Origin: Gammaproteobacteria bacterium
Lineage (GTDB): Bacteria > Pseudomonadota > Gammaproteobacteria > Eutrophobiales > Eutrophobiaceae
Assembly (NCBI GenBank): GCA_947480335.1
Contig: CANKCB010000005.1
Coordinates: 8,018-72,017 of the forward strand
Length of the DNA stretch: 64,000 bases
Direction: 5' to 3'
The notes beneath the pieces are model-generated. The model saw only the letters and a list, made by a program, of their open reading frames with translations, had not been told where the DNA came from and searched no databases. A program made the translations under genes and the position numbers. Shown piece by piece: positions 13,816 through 22,700 of this stretch (position 1 is its first letter; the number at the start of each line of letters is the position of its first letter).

Positions 13816-14460
13816 TTGAACACACTCAAACGAACCCGAATTTTCGAAATATTTGCTACCCAAAATTCCACGCCCACTACAGAACTGGTTTATTCTTCGG
13901 TGTTTGAACTGTTGGTGGCAGTGATACTTTCTGCACAGGCGACGGATGTCAGTGTCAACAAGGCCACAGCCGGACTATTCCGTATCGCCAATACACCGGA
14001 AGCAATCTATAAACTTGGTGTGACCCGATTAAAGCAGTGGATCAAGTCTATCGGGCTGTATAACACCAAGGCCGAAAATATCATCAAGACTTGCAGGATA
14101 CTGGTTGAGGAACATGATAGTGTCGTGCCTGACAACCGGGAATTACTGGAAAAGCTGCCCGGGGTAGGCAGAAAAACGGCGAATGTGATATTGAATACGG
14201 CATTTGGGCAACCGACCATCGCCGTTGATACGCATATTTTTCGTGTAGCGAACCGTACCGGGCTTGCTGTTGGTATAAATCCGCTGGAAGTGGAGAAAAA
14301 GCTGCTGCGATTTGTTCCTGTGTCCTATCGGCAGCATGCACACCACTGGTTGATCCTGCACGGCAGATATACTTGTATTGCCAGAAATCCGAAATGTGCT
14401 GATTGCAGTATTTATGATTACTGCGAATGGAAAGAAAAAAGCGTTAACCGGCCACACTGA
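13816..14460 (+). CDS. nth: Endonuclease III
   Basis: HhH-GPD motif LPGVGRKTANVIL and the [4Fe-4S] cluster loop CIARNPKCADCSIYDYC at the C-terminus. Confidence 0.95.
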   Translation: MNTLKRTRIFEIFATQNSTPTTELVYSSVFELLVAVILSAQATDVSVNKATAGLFRIANTPEAIYKLGVTRLKQWIKSIGLYNTKAENIIKTCRILVEEHDSVVPDNRELLEKLPGVGRKTANVILNTAFGQPTIAVDTHIFRVANRTGLAVGINPLEVEKKLLRFVPVSYRQHAHHWLILHGRYTCIARNPKCADCSIYDYCEWKEKSVNRPH

Positions 14461-14461
14461 A

Positions 14462-14585
14462 CACAGAGAACACAGAGGGAAGATATATAAAAATCAGAAA
14501 ATATAATTCTTCTGGCGAGAATAATTTTGGTAAATAGTAATAATTATATGATCCTCTTTTCTCCGTGCTCTCTGTGTTCTCTGTG
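14462..14585. repeat. Long inverted repeat: 16 bp perfect arms CACAGAGAACACAGAG / CTCTGTGTTCTCTGTG around a ~90 bp AT-rich spacer
   Basis: Arms at 14462-14477 and 14570-14585 are exact reverse complements. Sits between nth and the DUF1841 gene. Confidence 0.8.
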
Positions 14586-14617
14586 GCAAAATATCAATCC
14601 TTTAATGTAGACGAACG

Positions 14618-15040
14618 ATGATAGTCCAGGATCGAGATACAAGTAGACGGGTATTTGTTCAGGCATGGGCGAAGTCACGTACCGGTGAAATATTAACAGC
14701 ACTGGAGAAGCTGGTGCTGGCCGTGATCCTGGAACATCCTGAATATCATGTCTGGCTGGATAACAAATCAGTTTTGCAGCAGGAATTTAGCCCCGATGCG
14801 GGTGTAGATAACCCGTTTTTGCATATGGGTATGCATATTGCAGTTCGCGAACAAATCAGTACAGACCGTCCGCCCGGCACGCGCTCGTGTTATCAAATCC
14901 TGTTGGGGAAATATCAGGATGAGCATAAACTGCAGCATACGATGATGGAATGTCTGGGCCAGTGTCTGTGGCAGGCACAAACAAACCGTACCCTGCCCGA
15001 TGAAATGGCTTACCTGGAATCCCTGAGGAAACTGGTTTAA
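14618..15040 (+). CDS. DUF1841 family protein
   Basis: 140 aa; EHPEYHVWL region resembles DUF1841 proteins; the assignment is from memory and tentative. Confidence 0.5.
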   Translation: MIVQDRDTSRRVFVQAWAKSRTGEILTALEKLVLAVILEHPEYHVWLDNKSVLQQEFSPDAGVDNPFLHMGMHIAVREQISTDRPPGTRSCYQILLGKYQDEHKLQHTMMECLGQCLWQAQTNRTLPDEMAYLESLRKLV

Positions 15041-16314
15041 TGCAAAACAGCAATGTTTACAGTCTTTTCGGTAATGCTGCTGGTCATAGCCTTGATGACC
15101 AGCTTGCACTGCTTGCAGAAGTTGTGCAGTCATTTGCCTCGTCTCTGGATGTCGATGAAACTTTGCATAATGCCATTGAAAAATTTATCCAGTACCTGAG
15201 TGCTGAAGCGGCTTCCATTTTTCTATTAAGTGAGGATAAATCTGAACTGGTTTGCCGTGCCTGTGCCGGTCCAGTAGACATTACCGGACTGCGATTACCC
15301 GCCACGGCAGGTATCGTCGGAAAAACAGTGATGACCCGTTCCAGTCAGTTTGTCAGGGATGTGAGACTGGATCCGGCATTTGCACAGAATGTAGACAAGG
15401 ATACCGGCTTTGAAACACGCTCTATCCTGTGCGCACCGTTAATGGTGCAGGAAAATTGCATCGGGGCGCTGGAGTTGATTAATAAAAAGATTGATGACGG
15501 TTTGTTTGATAAGCGGGATGAGAATATCCTGGTTGCATTGGCATCGACAGCGGCGCTGGCAATTCACAATGCGCGTATGGCTAATCGCTTGATTATTCAG
15601 GAACGCATGCAAAAGGAGTTGGAACTGGCTCGCGAAATTCAGGAAGGTTTATTGCCGGCCAAACCCATGGAGGACTATCCGGTACAAGGGATGAATATTC
15701 CGGCACGGGAAGTGTCAGGCGATTTTTATGATTTTTTTACCCGTAATGACGGGTTGATTTATTTCAATCTCGCTGATGTATCCGGCAAGGGTATGAATGC
15801 CGCCCTGTTAATGGCAAAAGTCAGTAGTTTATTGCATCTGCTGGCGAGGGATGTAACTGATCCCGGATTGTTGCTGGCAAGGGTGAATGAGGAAGTTTGT
15901 GAAACGGTTTCTCACGGAATGTTCGTCACCCTGGTGTCAGGGTTTGTGGATCCGGTAACACAGACAGTCAGTTATGCCAATGCCGGGCATCAGCCACCGT
16001 TATTCCGGCACAAGGATGGGCATTTTGAGGAAATTGAGGCGATGGCACCGCCAGTAGGAATTATGTCTGGCACCGAATTTCCGGTGACGACACTGTCACT
16101 ACAAGGTGGCAGTCTATATCTGTTTACCGATGGCGTTACCGAAAGCGCAGACACCAATGGCGACGAAGTTGGTGTCGAGGGTCTCAAACGACTGATTGTG
16201 ACCAATCAGTCGTTAAATGGTCTGTCCAGATTGGAAGCCATAGTCGGCAAAATTCGCAATCCACTTGTCAGTCAGCATGATGATATAACGATAGTGATGA
16301 TCGAATGCAAATAG
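15040..16314 (+). CDS. GAF-domain sensor fused to PP2C/SpoIIE-type serine phosphatase (RsbU-like partner-switching phosphatase)
   Basis: N-terminal GAF (residues ~20-190), C-terminal PP2C_SIG motifs (AREVSGDFYDF, ADVSGKGMNAALLMA, DGVTE); start overlaps the DUF1841 stop. Confidence 0.85.
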   Translation: MQNSNVYSLFGNAAGHSLDDQLALLAEVVQSFASSLDVDETLHNAIEKFIQYLSAEAASIFLLSEDKSELVCRACAGPVDITGLRLPATAGIVGKTVMTRSSQFVRDVRLDPAFAQNVDKDTGFETRSILCAPLMVQENCIGALELINKKIDDGLFDKRDENILVALASTAALAIHNARMANRLIIQERMQKELELAREIQEGLLPAKPMEDYPVQGMNIPAREVSGDFYDFFTRNDGLIYFNLADVSGKGMNAALLMAKVSSLLHLLARDVTDPGLLLARVNEEVCETVSHGMFVTLVSGFVDPVTQTVSYANAGHQPPLFRHKDGHFEEIEAMAPPVGIMSGTEFPVTTLSLQGGSLYLFTDGVTESADTNGDEVGVEGLKRLIVTNQSLNGLSRLEAIVGKIRNPLVSQHDDITIVMIECK

Positions 16315-16733
16315 ACCAGCATACAGAACTGCTTTTCAGACTGAATTTACCGGCAAGACCAGAACGTCTTGCTCTGGTCAGGGCTGTTACACTACGTATG
16401 GCAGAGCAGGTTGGTTGCAGCACTGAAACCGCGCAAAAACTGGTAATTGCCATAAATGAAGTCTGTATGAATATTATCCAGCATGCCTATCAGGGTGATG
16501 TAAATGGCCTGTATGTGATGGAAGTAAAACGGAATGCACAGGCACTCTATTTTCGTTTTGAGGATTCTGCGCACCCTGTTGATTTGGACAAGGTGAAGCC
16601 CAGAGAATTGGAGGATATACGTCCGGGTGGACTGGGGGTGTATTTTATCCGTGAAATCATGGACAGTTTCGAGATGGGGCACCTGCAAGGTGGTAAGGGG
16701 AATTATCTCGAAATGATGAAAAATATTGAGTAA
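16305..16733 (+). CDS. Anti-sigma regulatory factor / serine-protein kinase (RsbW/SpoIIAB-like HATPase_c_2)
   Basis: 142 aa; N-box INEVCMNIIQHAY and G-box RPGGLGVYFIREIMD; overlaps the phosphatase gene by 10 nt. Confidence 0.8.
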   Translation: MQIDQHTELLFRLNLPARPERLALVRAVTLRMAEQVGCSTETAQKLVIAINEVCMNIIQHAYQGDVNGLYVMEVKRNAQALYFRFEDSAHPVDLDKVKPRELEDIRPGGLGVYFIREIMDSFEMGHLQGGKGNYLEMMKNIE

Positions 16734-16792
16734 GCTGTTCATTGTGGTAAGGCCGATGTTATCCCTGAAAAATAGAATAACAGGAAACAGGT

Positions 16793-17125
16793 ATGAAATA
16801 TAACGTGAGAGAGGAAGCCGGGTATACCGTTGTAGAGTTGGCCGGGGACGTGGATTTATCGTGTTCACCTGATGCAAGGAAGCAGATTTTGCAATGTCTC
16901 GATGGCAAGAATAACCTTTTGGTTGATCTTGCCAGTGTCAGTTATATCGATAGTTCGGGGGTGGCCAGTCTGGTTGAAGGTTTTCAGACAGCGAAAAAGA
17001 AAAACCTGAAATTCGGGCTGATAGGTGTCAGCGCAGCAGCGATGAGTGTGTTGCAACTGGCCCGCCTCGACAAGGTATTTCCGATACATGCAACTATTGC
17101 CGATCGTATCCAGGCTGACAATTAA
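16793..17125 (+). CDS. STAS-domain anti-sigma factor antagonist (RsbV/SpoIIAA-like)
   Basis: 110 aa; the conserved phosphorylatable serine sits in the context VSYIDSSGVASLVE. Confidence 0.85.
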   Translation: MKYNVREEAGYTVVELAGDVDLSCSPDARKQILQCLDGKNNLLVDLASVSYIDSSGVASLVEGFQTAKKKNLKFGLIGVSAAAMSVLQLARLDKVFPIHATIADRIQADN

Positions 17126-17150
17126 AGCTTACCTCAGTCATGTGATAAAT

Positions 17151-17177
17151 AAAAAACCGCCTTTCGGCGGTTTTTTT
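17151..17177. terminator. Bidirectional Rho-independent terminator between convergent operons
   Basis: AAAAAACCGCC-TTTC-GGCGGTTTTTTT: a GC stem flanked by an A-tract and a T-tract, usable on both strands. Confidence 0.85.
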
Positions 17178-17203
17178 ATTTATTAAACTGGTATGACCTA
17201 GCC

Positions 17204-17977
17204 TTAGCGAGCCAAAGTAAACTCCATCTTGATACCGGCCAATTCAATCATATCACTGTCCTTTAACTGATAGGCTTTGGCGCCAATCGGCTCTCCGTTA
17301 ACGGTTGGATAGCGCTTTCCATCACCATCGCTTTCGATGTGTGTCAGGAAATAGCCCTGTGGACGGCGTGAAATAACCGCTACCTGGGTACCTGGTTTGC
17401 CTAGCGTGATTAAGGCCTTGGTCAATTCCAGTTCTTTACCGGCAATTGGTCCGTTTAATACAGTTAATCGGCCCAAAGGCATTCCAATGGGAGCCGCCGC
17501 TATAGCAGCGGCAGGCGCTGCCTTTGCCATACCTCCAGCAACAGGTGGTGGGGCCATTGCTGGTCTGATTGGGGCTGACGCTGCCGCACCGGCAGCTTCA
17601 GCTGCTTTTGCCGCAGCAACAGCTGCACTGGCTGAACCCGGTTTGATGATCATAGTTTTTTCAAACTCATCATCATCATTGGTGGCGAGTTCATTCAGGT
17701 ATTTCAGTTCATGTTTGCCGATGGCAACTACATCGCCATCCTTAAGAGCATGTTTTTTAATCAGTTTGCCGTTAACGTAGGTGCCATTGGTGCTGCCGAG
17801 ATCTTCCAGGAAAGAATCGTCAAGGATGGTAATGATCAGTGCATGCTTGCCGCTGACAGCAAGATTATCAATCGGAATTTCATTTTCCGGTTTGCGTCCT
17901 ATAGTAATACGTTCTTGATTCAGTTCGTATTCACCCTGAACGACACCATGGTTATGTCCCAATTTCCCTGACATCAA
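17204..17977 (-). CDS. Double FHA-domain protein with Ala/Pro-rich low-complexity linker
   Basis: The N-terminal FHA (ITIGRKPENEIPID...GSTNGTYVNG) and C-terminal FHA (ITLGKPGTQ...TVNGEPI) are separated by AAVAAAKAAEAAGAAASAPIRPAMAPPP. Confidence 0.8.
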   Translation of the reverse strand: MMSGKLGHNHGVVQGEYELNQERITIGRKPENEIPIDNLAVSGKHALIITILDDSFLEDLGSTNGTYVNGKLIKKHALKDGDVVAIGKHELKYLNELATNDDDEFEKTMIIKPGSASAAVAAAKAAEAAGAAASAPIRPAMAPPPVAGGMAKAAPAAAIAAAPIGMPLGRLTVLNGPIAGKELELTKALITLGKPGTQVAVISRRPQGYFLTHIESDGDGKRYPTVNGEPIGAKAYQLKDSDMIELAGIKMEFTLAR

Positions 17978-18801
17978 AAGATGCTATTTTTTAGTTTTTG
18001 TATCAGATTTTCACTGGTCACCGAAAAGTCACCGAGAATTCTGATCAGTACGACAGAAATATTGTCCTTGCCACCTTTTTGGTTTGCCAATCGTACTAAC
18101 TCATTGGCAGCTTGTCCAAGATTAGCACTATATTTACTTAGGGTTAAGTGAATTTCTTCATCATCTACCATATCATTTAATCCATCCGAGCACAGCATGT
18201 AAATATCACCCGGATACACCGTTTCATCCGCCACATCAACTATCACCTCGGGTTCGATACCGACTGCCCGGGTTACCAGATTTTTAGGTGTATTTTTAAG
18301 AACTTCTTCCCGGGTATAAATACCACGGTCTATAAGCTCTTGAATTAACGAATGATCTTTGGTTACCTGACTAAACACATTCTGGCGAATCCGATATAGT
18401 CGTGAATCACCGACATGGGCGATTGTCGCAATATTATTATGAAAAAGCACCACTACCAGCGTGGTTCCCATGCCCTGACATTGAGGATCGGTTTGTGCGG
18501 CTTTGTAAATCTCTGAATTGACATGAATTACCGCATTTTTTACGGCAATTGCTTCGGGACTCAGCTGGGCGTCGCTAGCTGTTGGTTGTTGTATGGGTTT
18601 GGCCAAGCCCTCCAGAATCTTTTTATGGGTAGTGGTTACGGCAATAGCACTGGCCACTTCGCCAGCCTTATATCCCCCCATGCCATCAGCCAGTATTACT
18701 ACGCCATTTGTGAGATCACATAATGTGCTGTCTTCATTATGAGGACGCCGTTTTCCTACATCGGAGACATTAATTATCTCGATTTTGCCAGCAAGGTACA
18801 T
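17974..18801 (-). CDS. PP2C-family Ser/Thr protein phosphatase (Stp/PrpC-like)
   Basis: VSDVGKRRPHNEDS, ILADGMGGYKAGEVAS, HVGDSRLY and GGKDNISVV motifs; the stop overlaps the FHA gene start. Confidence 0.85.
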   Translation of the reverse strand: MYLAGKIEIINVSDVGKRRPHNEDSTLCDLTNGVVILADGMGGYKAGEVASAIAVTTTHKKILEGLAKPIQQPTASDAQLSPEAIAVKNAVIHVNSEIYKAAQTDPQCQGMGTTLVVVLFHNNIATIAHVGDSRLYRIRQNVFSQVTKDHSLIQELIDRGIYTREEVLKNTPKNLVTRAVGIEPEVIVDVADETVYPGDIYMLCSDGLNDMVDDEEIHLTLSKYSANLGQAANELVRLANQKGGKDNISVVLIRILGDFSVTSENLIQKLKNSIF

Positions 18802-19000
18802 TGTCGTATGCAGGATTTCAATGGGATCAGAGGTGGATTATTAGAAACGTGGTTATCTAGTATTTGTGTTCGCCGGCGAATTTAGTTGTCTTTTAATACA
18901 GTAGTTTGATCGGTCGTCATACAGATTGTAAACAATTGTATACGAATCCCCTAAAGTGATAATAGCCTGATTTTATTAGAATTGTCCATGTGTTCATTAA

Positions 19001-19030
19001 AAATAAACCCGGATTTCTCCGGGTTTATTA
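19001..19030 (-). terminator. Rho-independent terminator downstream of fdxA
   Basis: On the minus strand, AAACCCGGAGAAATCCGGGTTT hairpin followed by TTTATTTTT. Confidence 0.75.
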
Positions 19031-19033
19031 CGC

Positions 19034-19357
19034 TTATTTTTCCAGATACTGGATTTTATCTTTAACCGTTTTCCACTCATCTGCATCTGCAGGAGCATCC
19101 TTGATTTCATTGATGACTGGCCAGATTTTTGACATTTCAGTATTGATAGCGATGAATTGTTTCAAATTATCAGGTACATCATCCTCGGACATGATCGCAT
19201 TTACGGGACATTCCGGTTCACACAGGGTGCAATCGATACATTCATCCGGGTCAATTACCAGCATATTAGGCCCTTCATGGAAGCAATCAACCGGGCAGAC
19301 CTCCACACAGTCGGTAAACTTACATCGGATACAGGAATCGGTCACTATAAACGGCAT
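19034..19357 (-). CDS. fdxA: 7Fe ferredoxin I (Azotobacter type)
   Basis: [29 protein letters not shown]...[12 protein letters not shown] cysteine pattern; 107 aa; adjacent to mutS as in Pseudomonas. Confidence 0.9.
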   Translation of the reverse strand: MPFIVTDSCIRCKFTDCVEVCPVDCFHEGPNMLVIDPDECIDCTLCEPECPVNAIMSEDDVPDNLKQFIAINTEMSKIWPVINEIKDAPADADEWKTVKDKIQYLEK

Positions 19358-19453
19358 TATTGGCTCCTCACTTATTACTGTTAAATCACTTTAAATCCGG
19401 GCATTTATATCTGCAATATCGACTTGTTGCTGGTTTACATAACCCATGAAAAT

Positions 19454-22006
19454 TCAGTATTGCAGCTTTTTTAACTTGTACAATATTTCCAGCGCATGCT
19501 GTGGTGTAATCAGGTCCGGGTTGATCGAGTTCAATGCATCGACCAAAGGATGTTCATGATAAACCGGTATCAATTGCGGAACAGGAACAAGGGCAGCAGT
19601 ATTACCGGATTCAATCGTTTCCAGACGTTTTCTGGCGTTTACTATAACTGATTTCGGTATACCTGCAAGTTGTGCTACCTGTAGTCCATAACTGCGGTTT
19701 GCCGGTCCTGGTTTAACATGGTGCATAAACACGATTTTGTCTCCATGCTCAACCGCATCAAAATGCAGGTTTACTGTACCCTCCAGTACGTTGGCCAGTC
19801 CTGTCAATTCAAAATAATGTGTGGCAAACAACGTATAGGCCCTGACTGTATTGGCCAGACAAGTGGCACAGGCCCACGCCAGAGCCAGACCATCAGAAGT
19901 GCTGGTACCGCGGCCAATTTCATCCATCAGCACCAGGCTGTGATGAGTGGCATTATTCAAAATATTGGCTGTCTCTACCATTTCCACCATAAATGTTGAC
20001 TGACCGCTGGCCAGATCATCGCTGGCACCGATACGGGTGAAGATACGGTCCACCGGACCGATGACAGCGGTATCGGCTGGAACAAAACAGCCGATATGAG
20101 CAAGAATGACAATCAGTGCCGTCTGCCGCATATAGGTACTTTTTCCACCCATATTCGGGCCAGTGATGATGAGTAATCGTTGTTGCTCGTTAATTAGCAA
20201 ATCATTGCCGATAAATGGATCGGACTGGATTTGTTCAACCACCGGGTGACGACCGTTTTTGATGGAAAGCCCCGGTACCGTTGAAAATGACGGACGATGA
20301 TAATGCAATAAATCTGCGCGTTCTGCGAAAGTGGCGAGCACGTCAAGTTCGGCCAGTGCAGAGGCAGTGGTTTGTATCTGGCCCAGGTTGGTCGTAATAC
20401 GCTGTAATATGGTTTCATACAGCATTTTTTCTCTTGCCAGTGATTTTTCACGGGCACTGAGTACCATCTCTTCAAATTGTTTCAGCTCATCAGTAATGAA
20501 CCGTTCCGTGGCTTTCAAGGTCTGGCGACGATGGTAGTCCGCAGGTACGGTGTCGCTGTGGATACGGCTGATTTCGATGTAGTAACCATGAACACGGTTA
20601 TAGCCGACCTTAAGAGTGGCTAATCCGGTGCGTTGTTTTTCGCGTTGTTCAAGATCCAGCAGGTAGGCGCTGACATCTGAGCTAAGTCGACGCAGTTCAT
20701 CCAGATGTGCATCGAAGCCGTCGGCAATCACGCCTCCATCGCGCAGCGTAACCGGTGGTTCAGTAACCAGTGCCGCATCAAGATAGGACTTAAGTGCGGG
20801 CAATGGATCAACTTGCAGTGTGAGTTCACTGATACGTCGATCTTTCAGCGAAGACAGATAATTTATAACGTCAGGCAATAAACAAAGTGTGTTGCGCAGT
20901 TGTATCAGGTCACGTGGCCGGGCCGTATGCAGTGCGACACGGCTAACAATACGTTCGATATCACCGAGTAAACGTAACAACGAGCGCAGATTGTTATAAT
21001 TCTGGTTGGACAATAGTAACTCAACCGCATCATGACGCAGGCTCAAGGACTTGTGATCGCGTATCGGTTGCAGCAGCCACCGCCTCAACAATCGGCTGCC
21101 CATCATGTTGCTGGTGGTATCCAGTATATTAAGCAAACCATGTTGTTTACGACCGTATAAATCCTGGGTCAATTCGAGATTACGGCGACTAATTGTATCG
21201 AGTATGATCCAGTCCTGTCGATGCTCGACACTGATAGCTTGCAGATGTTGCAAGTCCTGGCACTGGGTTTCACGCGCATAATGCAGTGCTGCGCCGGCCG
21301 CACAGATAGCCAGATCCAGATGTTCATAATCCAGTCCTGCCAATGACTGCAGTTGATATTGTTGCAACAGGATTTGTTTTGCAGGATTGTATTCAAAAAA
21401 CCAGGCAGGTCGTGTGCTAATCCTGCAAGGAGCACCCGCAAGTTCTTCCGTTCGCTGGTCACTTATCAGGATTTCAGAAGGTGCGATACGTTTCAGTTCG
21501 GAGGCAATCTGATCAGAATTGTCGAGTTGGAGTAAACGGAATTTACCACTGGCCAGGTCCAGACAGGCCAATCCAGCACCCCGTTTGTCGATATGGATTG
21601 CCAGCAGAATACAATCCTGATTTTGCTCAAGCAAAGCCTCGTCCGTGACGGTGCCGGGTGTGACAATGCGGGCGATGCGTCGTTCCACCGGTCCTTTTGA
21701 TGTTGCCGGGTCACCAATCTGTTCACAGATAACCACCGACTCTCCCAGACGAATCAGTCTGCCCAGATAGTTTTCTGCGGCATGATAGGGCACGCCGGCC
21801 ATCGGTATCGGTTCTCCAGCAGATTGGCCACGTTTGGTCAGGGTGATATCAAGTAAACTTGCGGCCTTACGTGCATCTTCGAAAAACAACTCATAGAAAT
21901 CACCCATCCGGAAAAACAGCAATTTGTCTGGATGTTGTTGCTTGAAACCCAGATACTGCAAAATAACCGGAGTGTGTTGGGGTTCGTTTGCGGGCAGGGA
22001 AGACAT
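19454..22006 (-). CDS. mutS: DNA mismatch repair protein MutS
   Basis: 850 aa; Walker [14 protein letters not shown] and the conserved MutS C-terminal HTH region. Confidence 0.95.
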   Translation of the reverse strand: MSSLPANEPQHTPVILQYLGFKQQHPDKLLFFRMGDFYELFFEDARKAASLLDITLTKRGQSAGEPIPMAGVPYHAAENYLGRLIRLGESVVICEQIGDPATSKGPVERRIARIVTPGTVTDEALLEQNQDCILLAIHIDKRGAGLACLDLASGKFRLLQLDNSDQIASELKRIAPSEILISDQRTEELAGAPCRISTRPAWFFEYNPAKQILLQQYQLQSLAGLDYEHLDLAICAAGAALHYARETQCQDLQHLQAISVEHRQDWIILDTISRRNLELTQDLYGRKQHGLLNILDTTSNMMGSRLLRRWLLQPIRDHKSLSLRHDAVELLLSNQNYNNLRSLLRLLGDIERIVSRVALHTARPRDLIQLRNTLCLLPDVINYLSSLKDRRISELTLQVDPLPALKSYLDAALVTEPPVTLRDGGVIADGFDAHLDELRRLSSDVSAYLLDLEQREKQRTGLATLKVGYNRVHGYYIEISRIHSDTVPADYHRRQTLKATERFITDELKQFEEMVLSAREKSLAREKMLYETILQRITTNLGQIQTTASALAELDVLATFAERADLLHYHRPSFSTVPGLSIKNGRHPVVEQIQSDPFIGNDLLINEQQRLLIITGPNMGGKSTYMRQTALIVILAHIGCFVPADTAVIGPVDRIFTRIGASDDLASGQSTFMVEMVETANILNNATHHSLVLMDEIGRGTSTSDGLALAWACATCLANTVRAYTLFATHYFELTGLANVLEGTVNLHFDAVEHGDKIVFMHHVKPGPANRSYGLQVAQLAGIPKSVIVNARKRLETIESGNTAALVPVPQLIPVYHEHPLVDALNSINPDLITPQHALEILYKLKKLQY

Positions 22007-22068
22007 GTTGAGGATTTTAACGATATTTCAGCCCAAGCGCTAACCGGTATTTGCTTTGCTGTGAAGGC

Positions 22069-22521
22069 TTATTCAGATGTGTCCAGTGGCATCAGTTCGA
22101 GTATTCCCTGCAATATTTTTTTGCCCTGCTCACCGGTTTCCATGCCTTTACTGTTATGCAATTGCAACTGGCCAAAACTGTAGGTGGCCTGTTTCAATTG
22201 AACCATACCCAGATTAAACCATGCCTCCGCCAGTTCCGGGTCTTGCCGCAACGCTTCGCGATAGGCTACCACGGCGGCATCCGGTCGGTTGGTAAATGCA
22301 TAGATATTGCCAAGGCGATACCAGTATCCGGGTTTATGCCCGGGGCTTGTAACCAGCTGGGTATAATACTTTTCACTCTCTAGCCAGTTTGAGCTGGCAT
22401 ATGCCGTAATTGCCATGCTTTCTGCTTGCTGCCAGTTGGCGACAGGGACTTGTTTAACTGCGCCATTGGTGGCACAGCCAGTCAGTAGCATCATCAGCAT
22501 CATTATTCCGGTTTTATTCAT
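22069..22521 (-). CDS. TPR-repeat lipoprotein
   Basis: Lipobox MMLMMLLTGCATNG; TPR-like helices (YWYRLGNIYAF..., AEAWFNLGMVQL). Confidence 0.6.
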   Translation of the reverse strand: MNKTGIMMLMMLLTGCATNGAVKQVPVANWQQAESMAITAYASSNWLESEKYYTQLVTSPGHKPGYWYRLGNIYAFTNRPDAAVVAYREALRQDPELAEAWFNLGMVQLKQATYSFGQLQLHNSKGMETGEQGKKILQGILELMPLDTSE

Positions 22522-22628
22522 GAAGAGTATCCGCCTGAATCAGGTTTGGTTCCGTTAAAAATATTCATTGATAATAGACCACTTAATGGCATGGCGATCA
22601 AATATTCAAATTGAAATCAGACACAGCC

Positions 22629-22660
22629 CTTGAAAAAATATTGTAAAGTCACCACATAGT
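22629..22660 (+). promoter_or_regulatory. Sigma-32 (RpoH) heat-shock promoter candidate for htpG
   Basis: CTTGAAA (22629-22635), a 14 bp spacer, then CACCACATAG. This is close to the sigma-32 consensus CTTGAAA-N13-15-CCCCATNT and lies ~45 bp upstream of the htpG ATG. Confidence 0.55.
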
Positions 22661-22700
22661 TCATCTGCATGAATAGTTAACATAGTGAGGTCCTGTAGCA

